From the sequence record NC_041916.1: a stretch of DNA of 64,000 nucleotides; one strand, written 5' to 3'. The notes under the pieces were generated by a model. The model ran no database searches and had not been told where the DNA came from. It was given only the letters and a program-made list of their open reading frames with translations. Made by a program: the position numbers and the translations under genes. Position 1 is the stretch's first letter, and each line of letters opens with the position of its first letter. Shown here piece after piece: positions 1-10,064 of this stretch.

Positions 1-130
1 CATTGATCCATTCGACTAATTCGTATTCGGCATTCAGGCGTATCGATTTAATCTTATCAACATGGACTTGAAGTTTTGTCATTACTTCATGTTGAATATC
101 GCCGGGTGCTTTAGCAATTGGTTTTGACAT
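1..130 (-). CDS. Hypothetical protein, 5' part only (MSKPIAKAPGDIQHEV...), runs off the window
   Basis: Translated by hand: ATG at 130, open to position 1, AAGGAATAAG-like SD upstream, abuts stop of the 134-1105 ORF. Confidence 0.7.
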   Translation of the reverse strand, partial: MSKPIAKAPGDIQHEVMTKLQVHVDKIKSIRLNAEYELVEWIN

Positions 131-133
131 TTC

Positions 134-1105
134 TTATTCCTCGTCAACAAGTTCTTTAATAGTGCCGTCCGACGCCCACAGAGGACGTTGCTTAACCAGA
201 CCAAGTTCTGCACGCAGTTCGTTGATCTTTCTTACAGTATTAACCAGTTTAGGGTCTAGCTCTCGGAATTGTTCAGATTCGACTGACACCGGTAAAGGTT
301 TCTCAAAATCAATAGATGACGCGAAGTACTTATCTGGGTGAGCATGGATGCGATACAGCACACGTTGGTCAAATGGGTAATGTACCGTAACGTTCCCAAA
401 ACGCGCTTCAGGCGTTGTTTTGTATAATGGGTAACGTGGTGCATTAAACCAGTTAACGAACGTCTCATAGGCTTCCATGGAGGTCTCAGCATCATTCAGC
501 AGTTCGGCTAGACGGTAAGCTTCCAGTTTAGCAATCTGCATGAAATCTGGTTCGTGTTTCACACTCGGGAACATAACGTTGTAAGGTGTCAAAGATTGGT
601 TCCCACGATAACGCACTTCTTCCGACGGCAACAACATGTAGTAAGTTTGAGGGTTGTCAAAATCAATACCGTTGAATCGCAACACGCCTTTGAACGGGTA
701 ACGAACGTATTGTTCCTGCCATGGCTGACTAGGCAGCTTCTGACCAAGGTACAAACGAGTGAACATGTACTTAGTGGTTAGCCAGTTTTCTGCTATTGGT
801 ACATCGGGATGATGCTCCGTGCAAATAACGAGGTTGTTATTTGGCGCAGTGAAATAAACCTGAGGTTCTTTGTTGAACATGCGCAGCTCTACTTCGTTCT
901 TAGGGAACTTCACCACCAAGTACGCGTCTTCTAACCCCACACACATATCTGGGATTTCAATCATGTCGCTAGTAAACGGATATGACTGATGTATGGCTTG
1001 GATGATGTCTGTGGTTTGATCGCTCGTCTTATTGACGAGCGCTGTTTGTAAACGGTAACGAATAGCTGCGACTAATTCGTCTAAATCGAAGATATGAGGG
1101 TTCAT
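134..1105 (-). CDS. Hypothetical protein (323 aa)
   Basis: Long ORF, TAATG coupling with upstream ORF; no recognisable motif. Confidence 0.8.
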   Translation of the reverse strand: MNPHIFDLDELVAAIRYRLQTALVNKTSDQTTDIIQAIHQSYPFTSDMIEIPDMCVGLEDAYLVVKFPKNEVELRMFNKEPQVYFTAPNNNLVICTEHHPDVPIAENWLTTKYMFTRLYLGQKLPSQPWQEQYVRYPFKGVLRFNGIDFDNPQTYYMLLPSEEVRYRGNQSLTPYNVMFPSVKHEPDFMQIAKLEAYRLAELLNDAETSMEAYETFVNWFNAPRYPLYKTTPEARFGNVTVHYPFDQRVLYRIHAHPDKYFASSIDFEKPLPVSVESEQFRELDPKLVNTVRKINELRAELGLVKQRPLWASDGTIKELVDEE

Positions 1106-1647
1106 TACTTCACCTTATCAAATTTAGGAGTTAAGCAGTCCCATAAACGTGCAGGGTCTACACTTCGTTGTACAGCGCCATTACGTCGTAGTAAGAGGAA
1201 CGCTGATTGTGAGTAAAACACCGATGAGTGATTCAATTGGTTTGCCTTAACTGGGTGGTCGGCCAGACTGATGTTAAGCGGTCGACGCTTGTCATCATTA
1301 GTCAACGCTTGTTCACTCAATCCACGGCAGTACGCGAATTTATCAAGTTGTGTTCTCAAATCCATTTTGGTACCTACAGGAACCGGAAGACGGAAGAAGA
1401 TCACTTCACGACTTCGGTTGTTCAGAGGCACACCTATGTTAATGAGTCTGATTTTATCAGATTTACCTCTGATACGTAGATTGTTCCAATCGTCGTATTC
1501 TTCGGTTACGATCTTGAACAAATTGTCGTAGTAACCCGGCTTATCGCTGACAGCAAGTTCAGTCAGACGTTTTTCCAGTTTAACAGTAAAGCCTTCCACA
1601 GAGCGTGGGTAAAATAGTTTCTTCAAAAACATAAAAAAATAATCCAT
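1105..1647 (-). CDS. Hypothetical protein (about 180 aa)
   Basis: ORF downstream of a terminator hairpin, coupled to the next gene. Confidence 0.75.
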   Translation of the reverse strand: MDYFFMFLKKLFYPRSVEGFTVKLEKRLTELAVSDKPGYYDNLFKIVTEEYDDWNNLRIRGKSDKIRLINIGVPLNNRSREVIFFRLPVPVGTKMDLRTQLDKFAYCRGLSEQALTNDDKRRPLNISLADHPVKANQLNHSSVFYSQSAFLLLRRNGAVQRSVDPARLWDCLTPKFDKVK

Positions 1648-1660
1648 TTAAATATAGAGA

Positions 1661-1678
1661 GAGGGACCGAGGTCCCTC
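1661..1678 (-). terminator. Intrinsic terminator after the 815-aa gene
   Basis: GAGGGAC-CGAG-GTCCCTC stem with pyrimidine-rich tail on the minus strand. Confidence 0.65.
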
Positions 1679-1693
1679 CTCATTAAGTCACGA

Positions 1694-4141
1694 TCACAGT
1701 CGATGTGTCATTTCTAGCGGTAATACAGTTAGATTCGAAACGCCTTGTTTAAGACGACGAATGGTACCTACGTTGCCACCGTCATAACGGTTCGTTTGGA
1801 AAGACCAACGACCATTGTTCACATCGGTGAAGATCACCAGTTGTTCTACGCCATCGTGCAAACGCGCTGAGGCTTTTGAGTAAGCGTAAGAGATTACAGA
1901 GAAGAAGTCTGGCATTTCACTGCGCTTGATAACAGCTACCGTTTCTTCAACACGCTGCACAGGAGCAACCATGTTAGAGATACGAGTAACGATTACTTCA
2001 CGAGCAAAGCAGACACGGATAGAAGCATTGTAATTTTCGAGATTTGCAATACGAGACTTCGCACGCACATTCTTCGACATCAGCGTCAAGCCATCCACGT
2101 GTGGTAGAAGACATTGAGACTTAGCGATGAGTGTACGAGACGTCTTAGGTGTTGACAATTCTTCGTAAGCTTCCGGGCACATTTCTTGAATCAGTTCGTC
2201 TAGGCTTAGACAGTCACTAACCAGTGACGGCATGTTGAATGAACGGTGATCGCTAGGATCGTTACTGAAACCGTAACGTTCAACCATATGACGTTCTAAT
2301 TCGCTGGCGATGTATTTATCAGCCATGGCAAGGAAATCAGCTTTTTCGATATGATGATTGCCCAAAGTAGTGTAAGTCATTTTCAGCCAATCAAAGTAAG
2401 ATAAGTTCTGTTCTTCGCCTTTGACAATCATACCCATAGTGCGGTAGATGTCACGCACGTCTTCGTAGGCACCTACGATAACGCTTTGATAATGTGTTTC
2501 CACGTTTGTAGTAGCATGAACCACACCACCACGTCGACCAGATGAATGTACGATTTCTGCTTCACGGTCGTAAGCTTCTAAATCAGAAGATGCAAAATCT
2601 TCGATCAGTGTGTTACGAACGTTCGTCGTACCCATGGCTGCGGTTCTAAGCGCTTCCAAGTCGTACTGTTCTTCTTCGTCGATTACTACTTTTACGTCTT
2701 CAATTTCTACAATGCCGTTTGCTGTTTCTTCTAGCAACGGTAATAGAAGTGAAGGGTTTGTTAGGAACGTTTCCATCGGTCTTCCGTTTAGGTCGATGAT
2801 ACGGTCGTCCTCGTTTGGAGTACCTTCCACGTTCAATGTGAATACTGTCAGACAACCTTCCGCTGTTCGTAGACGGTCAAAACGACCACCGAAGAACGTG
2901 TTACGTAGGTATGCTAACGTTTCATTGTCCGTGGTCCATAGTTGTGTCTTAGGAACAGGCACCAATTTGGACATCCAATCAAATGAGTTATGGTTAGATG
3001 CTGTCATCGTTGATAGATCAGTACTAGGAGCATTAGATTCCCCAAACACAATAGTAGGTTGGAACTCTTCGTATTGTTCACGACGGCTGACAGGTTCTGG
3101 TGCTGACGGTTTGGTGTTCAACAACATCGATTCTAAATGACGGTTGTAATCCAGCATCTCTTGATCGTTAAGAGTCTTGCCAGACATTTCACTACCTACG
3201 TCACCATAGTTCAAGCTCGGTGGAACATAACCATGGACGACTGGGTTGTGAGCATAACGTGTTGGGTCACTTGAATGATCCATCACAATGCTGAGTTTCG
3301 CTTCTAAGCCTTCGTATGGTGAACTTAGACCTAGGTAAGCAAACATGTCATTCACTGCGTCACGACGTGCTGCGTGTTGTTCAGTCAAGCGATTACGGAA
3401 CACTTGCCCAACAGGACCTTCGCCAAACAATTGATCACGAGCAGAGTTGTTCGCAGACAACCACTTAATCAGCTCCATTGCAATGACGTTGTCCAAACAG
3501 CCTAACAACAACTTATTAGTTTGTTGCGGGTTGATTGGTTCGTCGTTAACAATAGATTGCGCTAAGTTGGATGCCAATACCACACCTACGTTAAAGCCGA
3601 TGTTCTGACGGAAACGCATACTGGTGTTGATCAGTTCACGGAACTTAAACACCGTTTGACATGGTGCAGGGTTGGTGAACTTGTGAGCAAACTCGTTGAT
3701 GGCGACATCAAAGTACGAATAACGACCTTGACGATGTTGGAACTCAGACATCAGTTGCGGAGGGATTTGTGATACCACCCCTTTCGCTTCTTCTGTTTTG
3801 AGTTTGATCATATCCACATCACCACCGCCTGTACCGTTAAGGAATTCATTAACGGACGAGTAGTCGTTGTTTGTGGTTGTGCGTGCACCATAATCGTTGT
3901 CTAGGCCAATCTGACGCGATAACGCTTCAAGTTGGACCATAGGTGACACTTGACGTTGATTAGGGTTTTGGTTTAAAGAAGGCATCCCGCCACCCATGCT
4001 AGGCATCCCCATAGTAGGCATACCCATGTTACCTTGTACACGGGAAGAAGTAGACCAGTTATCAGCAGGGTCGTCGATTTGACGACCTGCCGCAGCACGT
4101 GAAAACGGCTGTTGTGGAAAGTTTGGGTTATTATGACTCAT
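1694..4141 (-). CDS. Conserved phiKZ-like hypothetical protein (gp124-like by synteny), low-complexity N-terminus
   Basis: 815-aa ORF overlapping the end of the nvRNAP beta-N gene; N/Q/P/G/M-rich first 70 aa. Confidence 0.75.
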   Translation of the reverse strand: MSHNNPNFPQQPFSRAAAGRQIDDPADNWSTSSRVQGNMGMPTMGMPSMGGGMPSLNQNPNQRQVSPMVQLEALSRQIGLDNDYGARTTTNNDYSSVNEFLNGTGGGDVDMIKLKTEEAKGVVSQIPPQLMSEFQHRQGRYSYFDVAINEFAHKFTNPAPCQTVFKFRELINTSMRFRQNIGFNVGVVLASNLAQSIVNDEPINPQQTNKLLLGCLDNVIAMELIKWLSANNSARDQLFGEGPVGQVFRNRLTEQHAARRDAVNDMFAYLGLSSPYEGLEAKLSIVMDHSSDPTRYAHNPVVHGYVPPSLNYGDVGSEMSGKTLNDQEMLDYNRHLESMLLNTKPSAPEPVSRREQYEEFQPTIVFGESNAPSTDLSTMTASNHNSFDWMSKLVPVPKTQLWTTDNETLAYLRNTFFGGRFDRLRTAEGCLTVFTLNVEGTPNEDDRIIDLNGRPMETFLTNPSLLLPLLEETANGIVEIEDVKVVIDEEEQYDLEALRTAAMGTTNVRNTLIEDFASSDLEAYDREAEIVHSSGRRGGVVHATTNVETHYQSVIVGAYEDVRDIYRTMGMIVKGEEQNLSYFDWLKMTYTTLGNHHIEKADFLAMADKYIASELERHMVERYGFSNDPSDHRSFNMPSLVSDCLSLDELIQEMCPEAYEELSTPKTSRTLIAKSQCLLPHVDGLTLMSKNVRAKSRIANLENYNASIRVCFAREVIVTRISNMVAPVQRVEETVAVIKRSEMPDFFSVISYAYSKASARLHDGVEQLVIFTDVNNGRWSFQTNRYDGGNVGTIRRLKQGVSNLTVLPLEMTHRL

Positions 4142-5810
4142 CTTTAAAGTCTCTCGGCTGACGGACCGTCAAACGCGAAGAGGTGCGCTCGTATAGTTCT
4201 CTGAGCTTAGGATCCAACACCACACAATTCGACATGTTAATGACGGCACAAGGCGCTAAATAGCCTCGACCATCAGGGTCTGGTTTGGTGATGCGTTCTG
4301 CTGACATCGTAAAGGGTAATGACGGGTGTATGCTGTTAGCAGGGTCGCTAACGTTAAAACCTGCCCGCTTCCCTCCACGTGACGAACAAACCTTAGCTTG
4401 AGTCATGACACCTAGAACATAATCTGCTAATGGGCAGTCAGTTGGCGTGGACTCTTGTATCAGGTTGGATTCCCTTGCGGCTGGCTCGATGTCTCTTAAG
4501 CCAAACCAACGAACTATAGTTTGCGATACCTTACTCGTGTTCAGGTCGGTGATATTCTTAATTTCGTGTTTAAAACGATTGGCGCGTATAATGAGACGAT
4601 CCATTGTGTATTCGAGAGAACAAACTTCTTTGTGGAGCATATCGGCTCGATCGACAGTTTTAACGATTTCTGTACGGTTCGCGATGATGTAGTTGAACAA
4701 ATCGAACATATCATCGACAACAATGCGTTGCGCTGCAAAGCGCTTGATTGAACTTTCATCCATGTATTCATAGATGCTTTGAAAATGGTCTGACATTTGT
4801 CTCAGGATGTTATCAGATCCCCCACGAGAGGACATCGATGACATACCTATAATGAGACGCCAGAACATTCGGTCGTCCAGTCGATCTAAATCAACTAGAG
4901 CTGAACCACAATCAAACAAGAATAATAAACTTGCTACGTATTGTAATGCCACTGTTGGTATTTCTCCGCGTTTGCGATTGTTCGGACGAACCGCAATTGC
5001 AAACGGGTTGTAAATGAAGGTCTTCGTCAACTGTCTCTCAGTACGACGACCTGCACTTGCATAGATTTCCCAACCTTCGCTTTCGGGGTAGGAGTCGCGA
5101 ATGACCTCAACATCCCCTACGGCGATTTCGCATTCACCATATTTTTCCATCGTTTTGGTTACACCGTGTTCCGCAAACATGTACCAAGCCAATAAAGGCT
5201 CAGGCACTTTCTTAGGGTTCACTCGCCACGCTTCTTTTGGCGTATAGAAGCGGTTCGCAGGCAAGTTTAATTGCATGCGGGCTGTACGGTTGCCAGCGGA
5301 GCTCGGATAATGGCGTACGAATCCGACATTTTCCGTTCCGATCTTGAACTTGTAACCAAGAATTTTTACAAAGATTTGCTCATCTTTAGTAACACTTAGA
5401 CCTCGGTCTGCTAATACTATCTGCAACGAACATAACGAATCTCGAATGTAAATGTCTCCGTATTCATCCGTAAAAGGAAGCATGACGTAGATGTTATCAA
5501 ACGAGTGTTCCGTGCCTTGGTTGTCCGTATACGTAATGTGTATATTGGTCGGATACAAAGATTCACGGTTAGTTTCAAATGTTTTGTTTTGGGTAGTTTC
5601 GCTAATGACCTTAAACATCTCGTCGGGGCGAACTGGACGCAATCCATGAAATTTCACCCCCTTAGACTCTAGCGACTGCAACGTCATTCTTAACTGTCGT
5701 TCGTACCACTTAACGATATCGTCGAACTGTCTTGAATGGAACCCCTTGGTTAAATCCGTATTGAATCGGGGCATTGTCTCGTCTATAGCGTCTAGCAATC
5801 TAGGGTCCAT
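4131..5810 (-). CDS. rpoB: Non-virion RNA polymerase beta subunit, N-terminal part (phiKZ gp123-like)
   Basis: MDPRLL...MPRFN N-terminus, YVMLPF and SLQIVLADRG segments typical of gp123 family; position two genes after MCP; start moved to ATG 5810 (SD GAGGAAA). Confidence 0.8.
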   Translation of the reverse strand: MDPRLLDAIDETMPRFNTDLTKGFHSRQFDDIVKWYERQLRMTLQSLESKGVKFHGLRPVRPDEMFKVISETTQNKTFETNRESLYPTNIHITYTDNQGTEHSFDNIYVMLPFTDEYGDIYIRDSLCSLQIVLADRGLSVTKDEQIFVKILGYKFKIGTENVGFVRHYPSSAGNRTARMQLNLPANRFYTPKEAWRVNPKKVPEPLLAWYMFAEHGVTKTMEKYGECEIAVGDVEVIRDSYPESEGWEIYASAGRRTERQLTKTFIYNPFAIAVRPNNRKRGEIPTVALQYVASLLFLFDCGSALVDLDRLDDRMFWRLIIGMSSMSSRGGSDNILRQMSDHFQSIYEYMDESSIKRFAAQRIVVDDMFDLFNYIIANRTEIVKTVDRADMLHKEVCSLEYTMDRLIIRANRFKHEIKNITDLNTSKVSQTIVRWFGLRDIEPAARESNLIQESTPTDCPLADYVLGVMTQAKVCSSRGGKRAGFNVSDPANSIHPSLPFTMSAERITKPDPDGRGYLAPCAVINMSNCVVLDPKLRELYERTSSRLTVRQPRDFKDES

Positions 5811-5845
5811 CGTGTTTCCTCTTTTATGAGGACTCACGGGCTAGA

Positions 5846-6919
5846 TTAGATTAAAGCGGCAAACAACCTTGCAGCAACTAACGATGTGAGCTTGCGTTCC
5901 AGCAAGCTTGCAATAATGTTGAAAGGTACTTTAATTATGGTCTCGAACATCTTAGACCAAATTGAAGTTTGCTCTTGTTTGAGCTGTTGTTTGCTATTCG
6001 CTTCCTTAAGCTTGCCTTTAGAGTCCTCTAGTTTAACTAGCTTAGTGTTGAGACTGTCAATTTCTTTTGTCAGTTCCTTCACTTTAGATTGGGCATGCTG
6101 TAAAGATTTGCTGTTAACTGACTTTGCCGCATCGGAATGAGACAAGTAGTAGCCGTAGTTATCCAGCGCTTTGAAGAACTCTTCTTGATTTCCTGAAAAC
6201 TCAGGAAGAGCTTGTTTGATAGTTCTCACTTTTCCTGATCCTCCAGATTTAATCGAGATTCGCATCTCATTTCTAGTTCCCGGGTCTTGCTTAGCGACTA
6301 ACTTAACAACTTCTTTCCCGATTGGCGCGTAAAGCACTAAGTCTGGGTCTGTGTTATTAATGTATTCGTAAACAATCTGTGTTTTAGGGTTTGCACTTAT
6401 CTTGTTACCACGCTCGTCACAAACCTCTCGATTGGTGTACGGTGGTGGCGTTCGGAGATCTGACTCTCCCCAAGTGTCAAAGCCATAGAGCGATAATCCT
6501 AGAAGCCGAGAATGAACACCGCCGTCGGCACCCCTGAACTCCGGTAGATTAGAACGAGCTATGCCTATTTCAAACGTGAATCCCAAAATCCCTTCGCGTA
6601 ATTCATAACTGCCATCGGTAAGGTGGGATTGCATCGCTGATTTCATTTTGTCCAAGATGAGAGCATCCAATGGAGTTTCCGGTTCAAAGAACTGACTGTC
6701 CCATAAGCCGAAGCGTGAGCTTACCGCTATGACAATGCAGTTATTATCCTGATCACCAATTGGAATACCTTTTAAAACGCCATGAAACGCATTACGTTTG
6801 ATTAAGAGATCGGTGTTAGTAAAGTTACGGATGTCATAATGAATCTCTTCTTTATGGACATACAGACCGTCTCTTACGTTAGGTCTAGCTTCAAAGTTGG
6901 TTGGTACTTTTACAGACAT
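5846..6919 (-). CDS. Conserved hypothetical protein (gp122-like), C-terminal coiled coil and amphipathic helix
   Basis: 357-aa ORF with GAGGA SD, between MCP and nvRNAP beta-N. Confidence 0.75.
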   Translation of the reverse strand: MSVKVPTNFEARPNVRDGLYVHKEEIHYDIRNFTNTDLLIKRNAFHGVLKGIPIGDQDNNCIVIAVSSRFGLWDSQFFEPETPLDALILDKMKSAMQSHLTDGSYELREGILGFTFEIGIARSNLPEFRGADGGVHSRLLGLSLYGFDTWGESDLRTPPPYTNREVCDERGNKISANPKTQIVYEYINNTDPDLVLYAPIGKEVVKLVAKQDPGTRNEMRISIKSGGSGKVRTIKQALPEFSGNQEEFFKALDNYGYYLSHSDAAKSVNSKSLQHAQSKVKELTKEIDSLNTKLVKLEDSKGKLKEANSKQQLKQEQTSIWSKMFETIIKVPFNIIASLLERKLTSLVAARLFAALI

Positions 6920-6994
6920 GTTTTTATCCTCATGAGGTTAATCTACTACAAACTTAATTAAGTAATTAATCGACACATCGTCATGCATCATGAA

Positions 6995-7012
6995 GATAAT
7001 ATAGATTTCAAA
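6995..7012 (-). promoter_or_regulatory. Early (virion RNAP) promoter candidate TTTGAAATCTATATTATC
   Basis: Core matches phiKZ early consensus TATATTAC; same extended motif at 3 other sites upstream of early-type genes. Confidence 0.7.
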
Positions 7013-7085
7013 TATTTTAATGTCTTTTATTAAGACAACCGTGAACCATGTTGTCCTAAAACCAATTTTAAGTGAAAAGCAAAAA

Positions 7086-7113
7086 ACTCCCTCTACCCGA
7101 AGGTAGAGGGAGT
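7086..7113 (-). terminator. Terminator of the major capsid gene
   Basis: 12-bp perfect stem ACTCCCTCTACC/GGTAGAGGGAGT, UUCG loop on minus strand, followed by T-run. Confidence 0.9.
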
Positions 7114-7150
7114 AAGGCATTATGTTAACGGTTTAGTTAACGAGGTCGTT

Positions 7151-9346
7151 CTATGGAAGCTTGCCAGCTTCTGCGTCAGCAGTAGCTACTTCGCCGCCAG
7201 TACCGCCTTCTGGGAATTCAGAAGCGTTAACCACTTTCACACGTTGTGCGTTTAGGTAACGGATTAGACCTTCTTCGTCTAGCGCATGTTTCGCATCTTC
7301 GATCTCTAGGACACCAACGATTGGACACACAGAGTGGTGTTTGTACGCTGGTTGAGTGATCACGATACCGAAGTCCATGTTGTTACGAGTCATGTTAGCT
7401 TGGATTACTTGATGCTCTTTAGAGATCATTACACCCATGCCGCCGATAACGTCGATGTTGCTATCAGTAGTTTCTGACTCAGGAATGATGTAGAACTTAC
7501 CGATCATGTCGTCTAGGTTAGAGTCGATAGTCTTGAAGCTGATGCCATTACCAAGAGTACGAGCGTCGCCTTGACGGATCATGTAACGAGACAAGTTTTG
7601 GTGACCGATGATAGTCCACTTCTTCTCGATACGACGGTATTCGCTGATCGCAGCCAGACCAGAGATAGTACTTAGAGCAGCACAGATTTCTGTGATGTTC
7701 ATAGTAATAGTTTTCTCTAGTGCTTCTAGAACAGTAGTAGAATCTAGTGCAGACACAGCGTCAGCTAGTTTCATGCTACGTTTTAGGTAAGACGCGTTAA
7801 CGAAGTGCATACCAGCCATTACAGATGCTGATTGTTCGTTACCAACGATAGCGTGACCGTTTAGAGATGCAACACGTGCGATGTGACCTTCAGCAGCTTT
7901 GTACGCTTTCGCAGTAGTTTGTGCTTGAAGGATAGTGTTCATTTCGTCGATCGCGAAGCTTAGAGAACCTTCGTTTACGTCGTTCTTATCAACTGGGTAT
8001 TTCACAGAGATAGGAGTTTCACGACGAACGTTCATTACTTTGTGAGCGTCGAACACTTCAACACGGTAACCGAAGTTAGTACGGTTAACGTTGTTGTGGT
8101 TGTATGAAGGCAACCAACCGATCACTTCACCTTCAGAGTACTTAGCAAACAGAGCTTTAACAGCAGTGTTCTTAGTAGCAGCGTTGTGTTTCACGCCGTC
8201 TAGTTCGATGTACTCTAGGTTCAGTTCAGAAGCTGAAGTAGTTAGACCGAACGATTGACGTTGGAACGTACCGCTTAGGTTGAAACCGAAGAACGCTTTA
8301 GCACCGCCAGCTTGTAGAGCGTCAAACGCTGTAGAAACTGCACCGTCTTTGTCTGTGAATGCTGTTACAGGAAGACCTTTAACAGTCATGCTTAGTTGAC
8401 GATCGTCAGACGATTGACCAGTAGTAGTCACACCGAAAGAAGAGTTAGTGAAGTTGAATGTTGGAAGAACAACAACTTTCTCTGTACCACCCACGTTCAC
8501 TTTGAACAGAACTTTCTGTACAGTGATTGAGTTCGCTTCGATTTCATCAACAGAAGAATCGTAAGGAGTTTGTCCCGGTACTTCAGATAGACCTAGAAGG
8601 TTAGGGATAGTCTTACCTACACGTAGGAAAGATGTTTCGTGAGTGTTACGACGTAGTGTGTCAGCTTGTGAGTAGCTTTGCTCCCAAGGAGTAAAGTCAG
8701 CTGCATCTACGAACAGTTTACGTGCAGGAGAATCAGCCGTGCCCGGGTAAACTGGGTGTAGTTCTAGCGTGTCGTCAAGGAAGTATTGAGATTGACGAAG
8801 TAGGCTAGTTACTGGTTGTAGTTGAGATGCTGAATCGTAAGCAGATGCGCCGTAGATGTAACGACCAAGACCTGATGTACGAACAGTGTACTCTAGTTGT
8901 TCAGCTTCGTAAGGGATACTTACAGTTTTGAACATCGCTTCAGCTGCGTCTGTTTGACGGTGTGCTAGAGCGTTAAGAGTGATAGACGCCGCTTTAGTTT
9001 CAGTAGAAACACCCGGAGATTGCGCCCAAGAGAAACCTTCAAGACCCGCAACTGATCGCTCAGCTTCGATAAGAGATTCCATACCAGAAACAGAGTTAGC
9101 ACCGTGCAGACGTTGTACCGCAGAAATCATTGCGTGACGTTGTTCAGAACCGATGCCTTTAAGAGTTTCTTGAGCTGTGCCGCCGAAAGACTCGCTACCA
9201 GTTACTGCGTTTAGTGCAGTCATTGCTGTATCGAAAGATTCTGTGCCAGCTACTGTGTCAAAAGCACCAGTTTTAAGAGCATTCTTAATGCCTAGGTAAA
9301 CGCCAGCGTTAGATGAACCTAGCTGAGCTACGATATTTCTTTTCAT
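7151..9346 (-). CDS. Major capsid protein (phiKZ gp120-like)
   Basis: 731 aa, strong codon bias, N-terminal propeptide with AGTES/GSES/GMES/AGLE cleavage motifs, synteny with DnaB and gp123-like genes. Confidence 0.9.
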   Translation of the reverse strand: MKRNIVAQLGSSNAGVYLGIKNALKTGAFDTVAGTESFDTAMTALNAVTGSESFGGTAQETLKGIGSEQRHAMISAVQRLHGANSVSGMESLIEAERSVAGLEGFSWAQSPGVSTETKAASITLNALAHRQTDAAEAMFKTVSIPYEAEQLEYTVRTSGLGRYIYGASAYDSASQLQPVTSLLRQSQYFLDDTLELHPVYPGTADSPARKLFVDAADFTPWEQSYSQADTLRRNTHETSFLRVGKTIPNLLGLSEVPGQTPYDSSVDEIEANSITVQKVLFKVNVGGTEKVVVLPTFNFTNSSFGVTTTGQSSDDRQLSMTVKGLPVTAFTDKDGAVSTAFDALQAGGAKAFFGFNLSGTFQRQSFGLTTSASELNLEYIELDGVKHNAATKNTAVKALFAKYSEGEVIGWLPSYNHNNVNRTNFGYRVEVFDAHKVMNVRRETPISVKYPVDKNDVNEGSLSFAIDEMNTILQAQTTAKAYKAAEGHIARVASLNGHAIVGNEQSASVMAGMHFVNASYLKRSMKLADAVSALDSTTVLEALEKTITMNITEICAALSTISGLAAISEYRRIEKKWTIIGHQNLSRYMIRQGDARTLGNGISFKTIDSNLDDMIGKFYIIPESETTDSNIDVIGGMGVMISKEHQVIQANMTRNNMDFGIVITQPAYKHHSVCPIVGVLEIEDAKHALDEEGLIRYLNAQRVKVVNASEFPEGGTGGEVATADAEAGKLP

Positions 9347-9426
9347 TACTCTTTCCTTTATCGAAAAAATGTATTCTTTTTAATGATAAAACATAAACAA
9401 ATATTTGTTTGTGCTTTTTTAGTTGC

Positions 9427-9435
9427 ACATAGAAT
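9427..9435 (-). promoter_or_regulatory. Late promoter candidate (ATTCTATGT, TATG core) for MCP
   Basis: TATG is the phiKZ nvRNAP late consensus; identical 9-mer at 50268-50276. Confidence 0.5.
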
Positions 9436-9443
9436 GTTACAAC

Positions 9444-10025
9444 CTAACTAACTAGTGCACGGTACAACGTGGCTAGGCTAAAGGATTCACTTGGGAGAGC
9501 AGGGACGGAATCTTTATTATGAAGGTAAAGATATCCGTTTACCAAGTAAACAGCTTTTAACATCGCTTCCGTGTAGGTGCCAACGTGTAGCTCAGTGAAC
9601 GAAGCACAGAGTTCACCAATATAATTCATAGACACTTGTGGGTCTGCGATAACTAACACCAACATACCATTAGTGTTTTGTACATAGAATTTACTGTAGT
9701 TAGTAAACTCTTTAAGATGTTCGACCTTAGAAAGACGGTCCTGTTCAGTTTTAATTTTACTGGACAAGATATCTTTATAGTCATCATTAAATTGCTCGAA
9801 CACTTCTTTCGGCTCGAGTACCACCCCCAGTTTTAATGCCGCACGGTACTGAGTTACCGCGATGTCTACGACATCTTGTTCAGACATTTGGTCCAGATGC
9901 AGAGGAAGTTTTGATAGTTGGTCAAATCCTATACCTGCTTTTTCCAAACTGAACAATTGTTGGTCCGTTAGCACCCAAACGGTTTGAGGACCAGCCAGAC
10001 CTTTATTCACAAATTTCATATTCAA
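9444..10025 (-). CDS. Hypothetical, probably virion protein (gp119-like by position)
   Basis: 193-aa ORF between DnaB and MCP. Confidence 0.7.
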   Translation of the reverse strand: MNMKFVNKGLAGPQTVWVLTDQQLFSLEKAGIGFDQLSKLPLHLDQMSEQDVVDIAVTQYRAALKLGVVLEPKEVFEQFNDDYKDILSSKIKTEQDRLSKVEHLKEFTNYSKFYVQNTNGMLVLVIADPQVSMNYIGELCASFTELHVGTYTEAMLKAVYLVNGYLYLHNKDSVPALPSESFSLATLYRALVS

Positions 10026-10064
10026 CCTTTAACCTTTAAAGATATACATTAAATTGGAGCATTT

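Noticed and set aside
6938-7120. 60-aa minus-strand ORF between MCP and gp122-like gene
   Set aside because: Spans the MCP terminator and the early promoter; no SD.
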